Below are positions 1-10,637 of a stretch of DNA of 39,765 nucleotides, piece after piece. The position numbers and the translations under genes were made by a program. The notes under the pieces are model-generated. The model was given only the letters and a program-made list of their open reading frames with translations, did no database searches and had not been told where the DNA came from. Source of the DNA: Guillardia theta CCMP2712 (taxonomy: Eukaryota; Protista; Cryptophyta); the NCBI RefSeq assembly GCF_000315625.1, contig NW_005434620.1, forward strand, positions 487,349-527,113. Reading direction: 5' to 3'. The number at the start of each line of letters is the position of its first letter. The first letter of the stretch is position 1.

Positions 1-106
1 CTTTTGTCTTTCTTCCTTTCCTCCTTCCCCTTTCTCTCATCCCCTTCCATCTTCTCTTCTTTCCCTCCTCCTCCCTTCCCCCTCCCCTCCCGTCCTCGAG
101 CTCCTC

Positions 107-3100
107 ACCTCAGCTGCAGAACTCCAGCACTGATGCATGAGCTCGATTATCTCCGACGGAACTGACTCATCGATCTGTTTCTCCAGCATCAGCCTCTTCC
201 TCCACGTCTCTCCCGCAAGATCCAACTTGCGCTCCTTCCATACCAACACTGCCCCCTGAACCGCAACCATACTGAACCTTCGCATTCTCCTCTCTCATCC
301 CTTCACTATTTCTACCTCCCTGCCCGCCAGCCTCCCAGCCTTCCTCTCTTCTTGCCTCCCTCTCTCTTCTTGTCTCCCTCTCTCTGCCTGTCTCCCTCTC
401 TCTGCCTGTCTACCCCTCTCCCAGCCTTTCCCTGCTTCTCACCATCGGTCGGAGCTCGCCTCGTTTGATGAGTTCCAGCGTCTGCAGGAGCTCGGCGTTG
501 GGGTAGATGGAGGAGGTGCGAGGATGGAAAAGTTCCCACAAGGTGATGGCGTACGCGTATACGTCCGATGCTGTGCTCTCCATTCCTCCATCTAGCAGCT
601 CTGGAGCTGTCCACCAGAAAGGAAGAGCGCCTGCCGAGGGGGGGGAGGAGAATCAGGGAGTGAGAAGTAAGGAGAGGTGAGGTTGCAATCGTTGAGGGCA
701 AGGATGAGTGTAAAGGGAAGACGAAGACAAGGACGAGGACGAGGACGAGGACGAAAGTGGAGGAGGATTGGGACATCGAGGAGGATCGCGATGGAACCAG
801 AGCACGAAAGAAAGGGACGGGGGGACAGTGGACGACGTTCTCACCATCAGCAGAGTAGTCACGGGGAGCAAGAGCCTTCAGTCCAAAGTCAGAGACCTTG
901 GGCGTGAGCTTGAGGTCCAGAAGGACGTTGGCAGCCTTTAGATTCCTGTGAAGCACCGGGGGCTTTGCGAGGTGGACATACTGCATGCCGCACGCGATGC
1001 CGGTAGCGATCTCCATCCTCACATCGAAGGGAAAGTCGAACTGATTGTCCGCCATGTCCCTCACGGAGCCATACTCGAAGTACTGCATGATGATCAGCTC
1101 CCTGCCCCGGTCGAGGCAGGCTCCCATGATCGGGCAGAGGTTGGGGTGCCGCATGCTGATCATGACCCGAACCTCCGCCATGATCCTCGACCGCGCCGAC
1201 AGGCTGATCCCCTGCCCCCTTCCAATCAAGAGCTCGTACCTCCTCGATGCCTCTCCCTGGCTGCTCTTCGACCCACTAAAGTTCCCAGAGAAGAACGCCT
1301 CCTCCTTCGACCCAAGCCTCCTGAACACCTTCGGCTCCACGGTGCCATCCCCAGCGAGCTTGTTCAAGTCACAGTCTGTCACTCGATCGGACGGAGGACG
1401 GAAGGCCTCGCTCGAGCTCCTGCCGAAGGTATTCTGCAGCCAGGAGACCACGATGGACGTCTGATTTCCTCCTTGCCTCCCATGGTCTTCCCACGCCGAG
1501 TAGTCAGCCGAGATGCATCCTTGCGCCTTTAGCTTCATGATCCTCGAGGACGGCATGAGTCGCTTGCAGGCGACGATTCCTCCTCGAAAGATCACCTGAT
1601 GCCATCAATCAGAGCAAGGAGCAAACTGCGGAGAAAAAACGGGGAAAGCAAGCAACAACAACAGCGGAGGAGCTTTACCTTGCTCACAATGCCATGGCAA
1701 CCCATCCCGAGGATGCGAGGGTAGTCGTAAAACGAGATTTCTGCCCAGCTCACACTCCACAGTGATGCGTCCCTTTGCCTGATCCACCGGCGGATAATCC
1801 AGATGAGGAGGAACGTGACAAGTGCAGCAACGCCTCCCCCAATGAAGACGTTCTTCAACTCCCAATCTGGAGGGGGAGGAACGACGTCTTGGCAAGGGCA
1901 AGGCCCCTGTAAGTTGTTTGGGTCGATAGAGGAGGGGGGCCAATCAGGATTATCCAGACAGTGAAGCACATGCTCTGCGCACGTCTGCTTTGCAAAGATT
2001 GCCATGGCATTTGTCATGGTCTGTGTCGTCCCGCTCGTTCCATCCCTCACAACCCTCAGGATCGGCTTTGTGGGGAGGTTGAGAGAGGGATTTAGCTGCT
2101 GCACTCGGCTGTCATTCCAGCATGTTATCTTCCCCAGAAAGATGTCGTTGATGATCGGGCCATTGAGGCGGAGGAAGGCACCGGAACCCAGGCTCAGGTG
2201 CGCAAAGATAATCACTGCGCTCGCAAACATTGGGAGGATCTGAATGTTCTGCTGCCTAGCACACAAGGTGAGCTTGGAATAATCAATTAATGCATCTGTC
2301 CCAGCGAAGTCAATCTGACACTGCAGGATGTCTTGGATGCCAACCCCTGTGGTGCGAGAAGGTCAGGCATCACATCAGAGGACAAGATCCAACAACGATC
2401 ACATACCTGAGCCACCTCCATCATATTGGACGATGACCTCATTCTGATACATCGCATACTCTAAGTTGAGGACATCATACAAACCTTTTGCCAAGGAACT
2501 CCCCGTTCCATACAACAGGATCTTCTGGAGACCCGTTTGATACGTGATGTTTTGAACAGGGATGCCATTGCATTTCATGTATTCCAGCCTTTGTTTTGCC
2601 TGATCTCGCAACTTACTATCAACATCACATGGTCCAACCTTTGTCAAACCTTCTCCTTCAAATCAGTCGGAAGCATTCCAAAATGGTTTTCATGTGCAAC
2701 CTACACCGATCGTCATTGAGACAACGGAATTCGACTAGGGGATGGGATACCGCAGCAACGCGATCCGAGGTGAGTATCCAATGAATATAATCATGGAGAG
2801 CCTTGGCTTTCATGCAAACATCGTTCGATCCAGTCCAATTTGTTGGGACCATGATATACCTAACAGCCGATCACTTTACAAGACGACAACAATGCTTCTG
2901 CCACACGTCATGGTGGAGATTGGCCAGGCATCAGTGGCATCAGGACTGAGGATGTTGGCACAAAGTCCCATGGGGCTGCAGTTTCCTTCAGCATTGGGAT
3001 CGCTCAATGCAAATGCCTTCGCCCTGACAGCCGCCTCAACTGTATCAATGCTCACAGACACCTGTTGCATTCTTGTGAGTGGAGAGTAGGAGAGGAAGAG

Positions 3101-3456
3101 GCTAGAGAGAGTAACAAGAAGGCATGGAATGCAGAGCTCACAGGGTTTCCAGCAGATCCTATCAGCTGGGCGATGATAATGTCCCCGCTCTGCGCTTCTT
3201 GTACAATCCGATTGTCATAGGCTGTATATCCGACGGAATATGGGTCACTGCGGACCAGGTTGATCATATCAAGGCTTGTTTGCATGTAAGTGAGAGATTG
3301 GCAGGTCCCGTTCAAGTTCTGCGTCGCATTGGATGCTCCCACAACGTACATAGTGCCAATCACGAACAGGAAGTAGACGAAATTATGTCTCGTCTCTGTG
3401 AATTGCCGCCAGGGAAGCCCTGGAGGCTTATTCACAGACAATGGACAAGATGCCAT
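107..3456 (-). CDS. Receptor-like (pseudo)kinase: signal peptide, circularly permuted PstS-like phosphate-binding domain, TM helix, TKL kinase domain (multi-exon; 3' end beyond window edge)
   Basis: Spliced reading: MASC...NFVYFLFVIGTMYVVGA (hydrophobic leader). PstS C-half motifs DMINLVRSDPYSVGYTAY, LIGSAGNP, DAWPISTMT, LHDYIHWILT. PstS N-half motifs LYGTGSSLA, VQYDGGGSG|VGIQDILQCQIDFAGTD (60-nt GT-AG intron 2347-2406), LRLNGPIINDIFLGKITCWND, VVRDGTSGTT. TM VFIGGGVAALVTFLLIWII-RRW. Kinase motifs LGMGCHGIV, VACK, MRHPNL, HRNLKAANVLL, VSDFGL, WTAPE, SDVYAYAITLWEL, LMHQCW. Confidence 0.88.
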
Positions 3457-3759
3457 GAACGGGAACCCGCACTAGGGTGGGTGGACGAACATGAGGGAGG
3501 GTTTTTCACAGCACACAGGACAATCGTGAGGCCCAGGTCCTGACCCCATTCATCGTCTGGGATCAGAAGACGAGGGAGCAGAAGGAAGAAGAGGTGAGTA
3601 GAGGTAGGCAGGAAGACGAGGGATGACTGAGAGAACGGAAAGTATGGAGAGGTATGTGATGAGAGGGTAGGATGGCGAGGAAGAAGCGAGGAAGAAGCGA
3701 AGAAGAAGCGAGGAGGAGGCGAGGTCGGCTTTCAGTGAGGAACAAAATGGAGTGTAGGG

Positions 3760-4420
3760 GGAGGCGACAGTGAAGTCAGGGAGGGTAGGGTATTTTAAGT
3801 GTGGATTGACGTGGTGGGGTAATATTCTAAAAAATTGAAATGTTTGGAGAAAAATTGATATTTTGAGATGAAAATATTTGAACATTTAAACAAAATTGCT
3901 CAGGGCCCGGAGAAGTCCGGTGAAGGCGGCGTATCGTGTCGGAAGGTTTGTTCGCTCACTTGAATCGAAAGTCCGAGCCTCTCAGTCACCCGAGTCCTGA
4001 GTCGGACGCGCGCCGGGGCCCGGCCCGGCCGCCCGGCCGACACTTCATAGCGTTGTCGCTCTCAACTGACCCCTCTGGTTTCCAATAGTTTTCTGTGGGG
4101 GTATCCTTCCACACATGTGAATAGCAAATGGCAGTTGGGGTCTGGGGTGGGTCAGACGGCTGGGAGCTGATTCAAATTGGTTGAGACCTGTTTAAGGGGG
4201 TAGGGTACTTCCTGGTAGCAAATAATTGTACCAACAGTACCAATTTTATGGTACATATTCGAGTACTGTTAGGAAAACTTGTACCAAAATAGTTTATGCG
4301 GTACCTCCCCTGTTCAAACTATGATGCTTTGGACCCACCTGTTTCCCAGTGAAAGTCCCTTCTCCGATGGGGTCAAGTTTTGGACCCTACCCTGCCTCCG
4401 ACCAACATAGACCACCCTTG
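3760..4420. repeat. Intergenic spacer module 1 (AT-rich block, GC-palindromic block, GGGGTA/GTACC-rich block)
   Basis: AT-rich 3790-3900; GC words ccggggcccggcccggccgcccggccg at about 4010-4040; repeated ggggta/gtacc/taccc to about 4420; no credible ORF. Confidence 0.55.
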
Positions 4421-6340
4421 TAGATCAGAGGGAGCTCTCAAGCCTTGCCCCTTCCCTTCCCTGGTTGCATATCCAAGGTTAGCAAGTGAATGTTACGCAG
4501 ACGTGACTCATCTGCAGCAGGAGAGCTCAGACGAGGACAAGCAGAGGCAATCCCTGCAGAATCTGGTGTGAGCGCAGCAGTCTGAAAACATCTCTGTGAT
4601 TGCAAACACATGTAAAGAGGGTTGATCATCATAGATTTTAGCAGCTTGAATAAGGAGTACTCCGCACGGACCGTCCGCTAGTGGCGCTGTACGATGGATG
4701 ACATTGACTCTCATGAGCAATAAGTAGGAAGTCATGAAGCATGTCACGGAGACAGCATGATCTATACTTATTTCATAGGAATCTGCTGCAAAGAGTCGGG
4801 CTTGAGGGCGGTCTGAGCAATATGCAAGAGTATTGCCAAGGCATGTAAAGAGTTTCAAGGAATACCAGTGCATTCATCAAATGGCAGTGATGAGGTACCA
4901 CATGAAGGCATGACTTGCAAATTGATTGCATGTCGTGTTCTATTTCATGACTTACAATCAAGACGCTTTGAGCGACAAAACGATACCCCTTGTAGCATTG
5001 TAAATCATAGTTCATTTCCTTCACCTCGAGTCGAAGCAAGAAATTTTCAAGGTGCTGATATCTTTGTTGTGACTAGACTGACTTGGTGTCAGGAGCAGTT
5101 AATTGATGTTGGATGCGATTGAATCATGCAGACGAAAATGGACATACCCTTTTGAATAAATTTTTCTTCTCGAGTCTCATACCAGAGCTTTCTTGCCTCT
5201 TTCTTTGTAACCTAACATGTACAAAGCATTGGCATTTTCTTACACAAAGTAAACTGAGCCTGACCAGCTTCTCTTATTCGCTGCATTCTCGCCCTTCCAT
5301 CATCCTGATCTTTTCCTCGCTTGACACCCTTGGGCCAATGCGAGTTGCATGCTGCGATATCATCAATTGTTTGGAAGGAACCAAGCGATAAGTGGAACAA
5401 AGCGCTCAGGTGCTATGCAGGCTGCAATGCATCGCCGGCATTCCAACCATATGGATAAGTTTGCCAACTTTGCGCTGCTCATATTACTTGCAGCAAAAGT
5501 CAACCATTCCAGATGATAAGGACAATGTATGAGACTTGCGCAGAAGAATGTGCAAACACGACGGTGAGTGTGCACGATTCCACATATACAAGAATGCTGC
5601 GCAGAAGCATCTACCAATTCCTTGTTTAACCACTCTTTTGATGAATGAGCATCGACTTCTCTAACATGTACATCAGGTCATGCAGGCTCATGTAAAAATG
5701 ATGATGTTGTTAGCAACAACTTGGCTTTGTTTTATTGAAGTACGTTGAAAACATCACCTAGGCCGCTACATATTCCCATGTCCGCTTTGCAACAGTTCTA
5801 AACCACGTATCACCATAAAGTTGTACATCATTCGACTAGTCCGATAACATCTTCATGTAGAGTCTCAGTTTTAAGCACAACGCGGTTTGTCGGAGCGATA
5901 CTGTGACTTGTTTGCCTGGTATGATTACATGTGACATGCTCTCTTACACAATTGAAGAGTATTGTAGAAAATTCAGTCAAGCGGTGCACAGTTCAGCCTT
6001 GCTTTCTTGCTATTCATCAAACATAGTGTATCAAACAGATGTCATCGTGTGGATCGACGCAAAATAAAGATGAACTCGAAGTTCTGTCTGAAAAATGACC
6101 CTTTGCAAGTACTGATGGATCGAGAGCAAGTTCTTGATGCTGTATCATTGAGAAGTAAAATGACAGTCATAAGCCAGTGCTATACGACTCGTATCCATCA
6201 GCTTGAAATATGAACCACTGAGTTTCATTCCATGAATCATCTTTCCTCCCGCATTCAAACTGAGAAACTCAGTGCTTGTCAACTCATGGGCATGGTTTCA
6301 GAGTTTGAATTTCCAGCAAGTTGAGGAAGGACAAGGCAGA
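4420..6340 (-). CDS. Hypothetical multi-exon protein, function unknown
   Basis: Many short minus-strand GT...AG introns separating open, non-repetitive segments (e.g. DDSWNETQWFIFQADGYE, WPKGVKRGKDQDDGRARMQRIRE, LRLEVKEMNYDLQCYK). No recognisable family motif; boundaries approximate. Confidence 0.4.
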
Positions 6341-6459
6341 CAGAAGCGTCAAAGAAAGTTGAGGGTCATCAGGGAAGGTCTGACGAGAGTCTGAGACTCA
6401 TGGACAGGGAAGGATAGGGATGCGCAAGTGCGGAGGGCAGGGAGATGGGGAGGGAGACC

Positions 6460-7210
6460 CCCTCTGCTAAATGTATTTTAAAAGGTACCCATTACAGTAC
6501 CAGACCAAGACCTGTACCCCCCACCCCCCTGTCGCGTCCGTTGGGTTCGAATATTTGAAATACTACCACGCCTACCCATCAGGTTCTGGTACAAATCATT
6601 ACTCCACTATACAAGGGCCTAAGTGATCCTATGCAAAGGCAATAGGAACAACTGTTTACTTATCTAAGCTCTCAATTACCCCCGGTTGCCGTTGAACGGG
6701 CAGCGCTGGAAATGGATTTTCAAACCTTCCAATCCTTCGATTTTTTACTCACACACAATTTTCTACTGGAAAATGCCTGGATCTGGTACAAATCCCAATT
6801 GTCAGCAAGTTCCTTGACCCGACAACGCTATGGCCCTGTGGGCTGCGATCGGACTGGCACGCCGGACGGGGCCGGGGCGGCCGGGCGGCGGCTCAGCGGC
6901 CTGAAGGCTGTCACATTACGCAGTGACGTGAACGAACGGCACACTGAAAATTGAATCATTACATGGTGAACTATGTTACATATTGACTATCAGTATCATG
7001 AGGCTGTCACTGCTGCCCATCGCTGATTGACTCGCCGAGGGTCGCGGACCTGGAATCTTGGCCGCATCTGAGCTTAGTCATCATGTGCTATCCAGCCGTA
7101 GCGCGCTATTCCATCCTGCAGTTGGAAATGTCTCAGTGAGTGCACTGAGTAGGCTTTTACCACTGTCGTGACACTACGATCCTGATCGGATCATGGCTGT
7201 TGCGCCGATG
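6460..7210. repeat. Intergenic spacer module 2 (TACCC/GTACC block followed by GC-palindromic block)
   Basis: ggtaccc, gtaccccccacccc, cctaccc at 6480-6700; gccggacggggccggggcggccgggcggcgg at about 6860-6890; then short palindromic words (gatc, catg, cagtg/cactg). Confidence 0.5.
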
Positions 7211-7213
7211 AAT

Positions 7214-9245
7214 TCACCTGGAGGAGGAGGAGGGAGCAGCAGAGGCCAGCAACCAAGAAGGTGAAGGACGTGTCAAGCTATCAAGCTGCATGTCAAAAAG
7301 CGCAACGCAAGGACTGGTAATGGGCAGCAGCTCACCAGCAGCGTCATTTCCCGGGCGCTCCCTGTAGTGCTTTCTGAGAAGTGCCTCCCATTGTGATAGT
7401 CTCCCGGCTGCACCCTGCTCATGCGCTATCAGCCTTCCTGTCGCTCTTCCCTCGCTCAGTGCTTGCCAGCCATTCGCGTCCTGCAGCAACGGATTCCGCG
7501 AGGACGAGCTTGAGTCGATGGAGCCGACGGCTCCAATCAAGTCCCTCTGGCTCTGATGATCGGTTCGCTGCATCAGTTGAAGGGAAGAGGCAGGTGGGGA
7601 AATCTCACGCTGGATCCTTGCAGCGAGTCAGGATGTTCCAGCATCCGGAGGGTAGTCTTGATGCTGCACCTGTCGAACGGATCTGCGTGAGAGGAACAGG
7701 GAGGAGGAGGCTATCGGCAACCTCATCCTTGAGAGGATCCCCAGAGAGCAGTAATGACGGCAGATGAGAACGGCTGAAAAAAGCTGAAAAGCGACTCCCC
7801 AGCAGTACCAGGCCAGGAGGTTATCCTGGAAGCTAAAGAGAGCGGGTGAATGACCTTCTTCTCAGTTTTCAACATGTACCCGGGCTGCAGCACGCTGGGT
7901 ACAGACCACTCTGCTCGGGCAGGATCCAGCATGAGGAGCACAAAGCCTCCTGGCACGATGAAGATTGATTCCAGGATGGTGAAGTATAGTGGCGTCCTGG
8001 TGCTCCAGTAGTGCAGCGCGATACCGAGAGCACTGCCTGCCATCGTCTGGACGCGGAGGTCGTCAGCGAGCGGGCTTCAAGCACAGAGCCCTGCCAGACC
8101 TGCCCCAGAGAGTGAAAGCCCCACGACATCCTTTCGCACATGACAGCCATCGTAACGAAGGCTCCTGTCGCCGTCATCTCGAAGCTCGATGAGGAATCCC
8201 AGATGAAAGCGCCGACAAGCGCCTGCTCGATCTGTCAAGATGCTCCCATGCACACCTTCTCCTTCACCCCCATCATTGAGTCACCACTCGGCATCCCATA
8301 AACGCTTCCGATCCTTCGGGCCTTCATCATTCATGTCAGGGCTTTCACCTTCCTTGCTAACCAACACCTTCTCATCATTGTAACTGCAAGTGCAAGGCCT
8401 GCTCTGGCGAAAGACAGTGTACAAAGCTACATCCAGGACGAGAGAGTAACAACAGCGATACAGGAAATGCAGAAGGCTGATCTGTTTTCTCACTTTCACG
8501 TCCTGTTAACTCAGATTGTCAAAAAAAAGTACCTTGACCGCGAAATAGGATGCTGGCGAGATGCTGATGGACCTTGAGTACCTTACTACGACCTGGTTGA
8601 GAAGAGTTGGTCAACAGGAATATATCTTCAGTGGAACGTCATCCTTACAGGTAAAGCAAGCAACAGTGTTGTCACGGTGACAGCAATTCCACGGGGATTC
8701 ACAAATGGCTGAATGATATCTAGGTGGCAGCGGTGAGTAAAGGCGTTCGGACGTCGAAACGACAAACCTCCGATAAATGTGAAGAGACTTGGAGGATACC
8801 TGTCACGCCATGAATCAGGGTTCATCAAAATCGGCATAGAAGGAGCATACTCGTATAAGCATCTGTTTAGCAAAGTATCGTCGTTGTTGTTTGTACAGTT
8901 CGTTCGAGGCAAGCTGTACATACTTCCCTCTGAGCAGATTCTGTAAGAAAGTAGTCTCAGTAAGGCATAAGATAATTCATCCCTGTTTCGCTCTCACGTC
9001 CCATTTCATGCAACCTTCTGCCAGCTTGATTCAGTCTCCCCTCTCAGTGAATTTTCATTTTGCCAACGAGACTTTTCTTGGTTCATCTTTCGCTCTGTCT
9101 CAACGACATCTCTCTGTGTAAGTATGCCTGATTCTTTCGCTTGCTCACACTCCCCCTCCCTCCTCTCCTCCCCACTCCTCTCGAAATCTTCATGTCTCTG
9201 CCCACATAGCTCCAAAGTGGTACTCGTGGGCTGCCATGAATTCAT
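7214..9245 (-). CDS. PAP2/type 2 phosphatidic acid phosphatase superfamily membrane protein (divergent motifs), multi-exon
   Basis: Three PAP2 motifs in the correct order: LYTVFRQSRPC (Kx6RP), YGMPSGDS (PSGH), CERMSWGFHSLGQVWQGSVLG (SRx5Hx3Q/D), with flanking hydrophobic segments. Termini approximate. Confidence 0.72.
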
Positions 9246-9269
9246 TTCCACAACATTCAACGGTCTGTA

Positions 9270-9960
9270 ACGTACCGAAGAAACGGATTATCATCACTGT
9301 AACGTTTTATAACTGACTTTGGGTTGTTGACTGAATCCCATGATCACGGTCGAAGGTTATGGACTACCAAGGGTGGGGTCCTTCAACCTTCCTCGTTGAC
9401 CCTACGAAAGGGGGGGTATTTCTTCTAATTTGAAGGGGTGGAGGTGGTCATTGATCACCGTTAAGTTGGATTAGGTAGGTAGGGGGTTGCAGTCAGTGAG
9501 GACTCAATACTATGATATGCCGAAGGGTACTACCGGGGTACCTACCGAGAAGACGGAAGTTCGTCCCTCATGTGAGTAGGGGTATCATCCCATAGTATTT
9601 TGTGTTATTTAGGGGGTAGGGGGTATGATAGTCAACAATAGGATTGGGTAGGGGTGCTGACCCGCAGTGAGAACGGATATCAAAATTCTAAATAGGCTCT
9701 GAAAAATTGGGGGGTGGGGTAGCCAAGATATCGGAACGAAAGGGGGTAGGGTGGTGTGAAACAGAAAAATAGATGGGTATTTTCCTGTTGGTCGGAGGGG
9801 TACAATTGCACCCCAGGGCCCTACGATCGGATCGACAGGAGCCGGGGTAGGGGTCCATCCCCCGAGTGAAGGGGTAGGCTGAGTTGGGGTGGTGAGGTTT
9901 GGTTTTTGGGGTTGTTGGTCCAAAATGCGATGGCAGTGAGGGAGTGTGGGGATGAGGATG
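9270..9960 (+). repeat. Intergenic spacer module 3 (GGGGTA(G)-rich tract)
   Basis: Many ggggta, gggtaggg and ggggtgg words on the + strand (e.g. 9411, 9535, 9611, 9742, 9844, 9871). ORFs here are Pro/Thr-rich noise. Confidence 0.55.
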
Positions 9961-10600
9961 GAGCGAAAGCGAAGTTGGGAGCTCGGGACATTGAGACTTC
10001 AGTTTTTCATGTCGTAGGAAGATCGGACTGACGCAAAGCGAGGATGCATGGAGGCCGCGGCGGAGCTTGTAACCATGCTCGTTGTTTGATGATCGTTCGT
10101 TATATAAGCCTGTACGGGATATGTCGAGATACCTGCAAACTTGATGGCAATGAGGCAACCTGATGAGCAGATATGAACAGAAGCTACTGGATATGCCATG
10201 CAGTGAGCCGAATGAGTTGTGAGGGACTTGTCAGCAAATGTGTGGGGTTGGAAACAGTCTGCTGTAATCAATTAGGAGAGGTGCTGTAATCGAAAAAGAA
10301 TTCCTCTTGGGAGACAATTCAAACATCCCTATAGAACATATGGAGATATAAGAGAATTTCTGCAGTGGCAGACTACTGCTGCGTAGGCATCTAGATTGAC
10401 ATGAGGATAGGGGTTTCGAATGTATAACCAGTTCAGAAACAATTGCGTCTCAAGCACAAGTCAAAGAATTGCAGGGTGCTAAATTGCATTTGCAGCCTCT
10501 TCCAAACAACCTCGCTGCTGAAAGTGGGTGAAAAAGGTTCCAAGGGCCCAGGCTAGAGCCAGGATCTCAAGTGCTGCTACGAAATCTGTACCTCCTGTCT
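9960..10600 (-). other. Possible small or fragmentary coding region, unidentified
   Basis: Gene-like base composition with short open segments (CLIAIKFAGISTYPVQAYIT; SPIFLRHEKLKSQCPEL) that run into spacer module 3. No family motif. Confidence 0.2.
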
Positions 10601-10637
10601 GTCACGGTGAGGAACGAAGGCTGTGCAGGAACTCTTC

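Noticed and set aside
2596-3456. Receptor gene being 5'-truncated in the middle of a first PstS domain
   Set aside because: A Met, a hydrophobic leader and glycosylation sequons directly precede the C-half, and the missing N-half is present downstream, so permutation is the simpler reading.
6030-6090. Minus-strand LYFASIHTMTSV resembling a K+ channel pore helix
   Set aside because: It is followed by a stop, with no GYG exon and no TM context; likely chance.
9600-9930. GGGGTA tracts as true telomeres
   Set aside because: They are internal, irregular and not tandemly periodic; kept only as a hypothesis for their origin.
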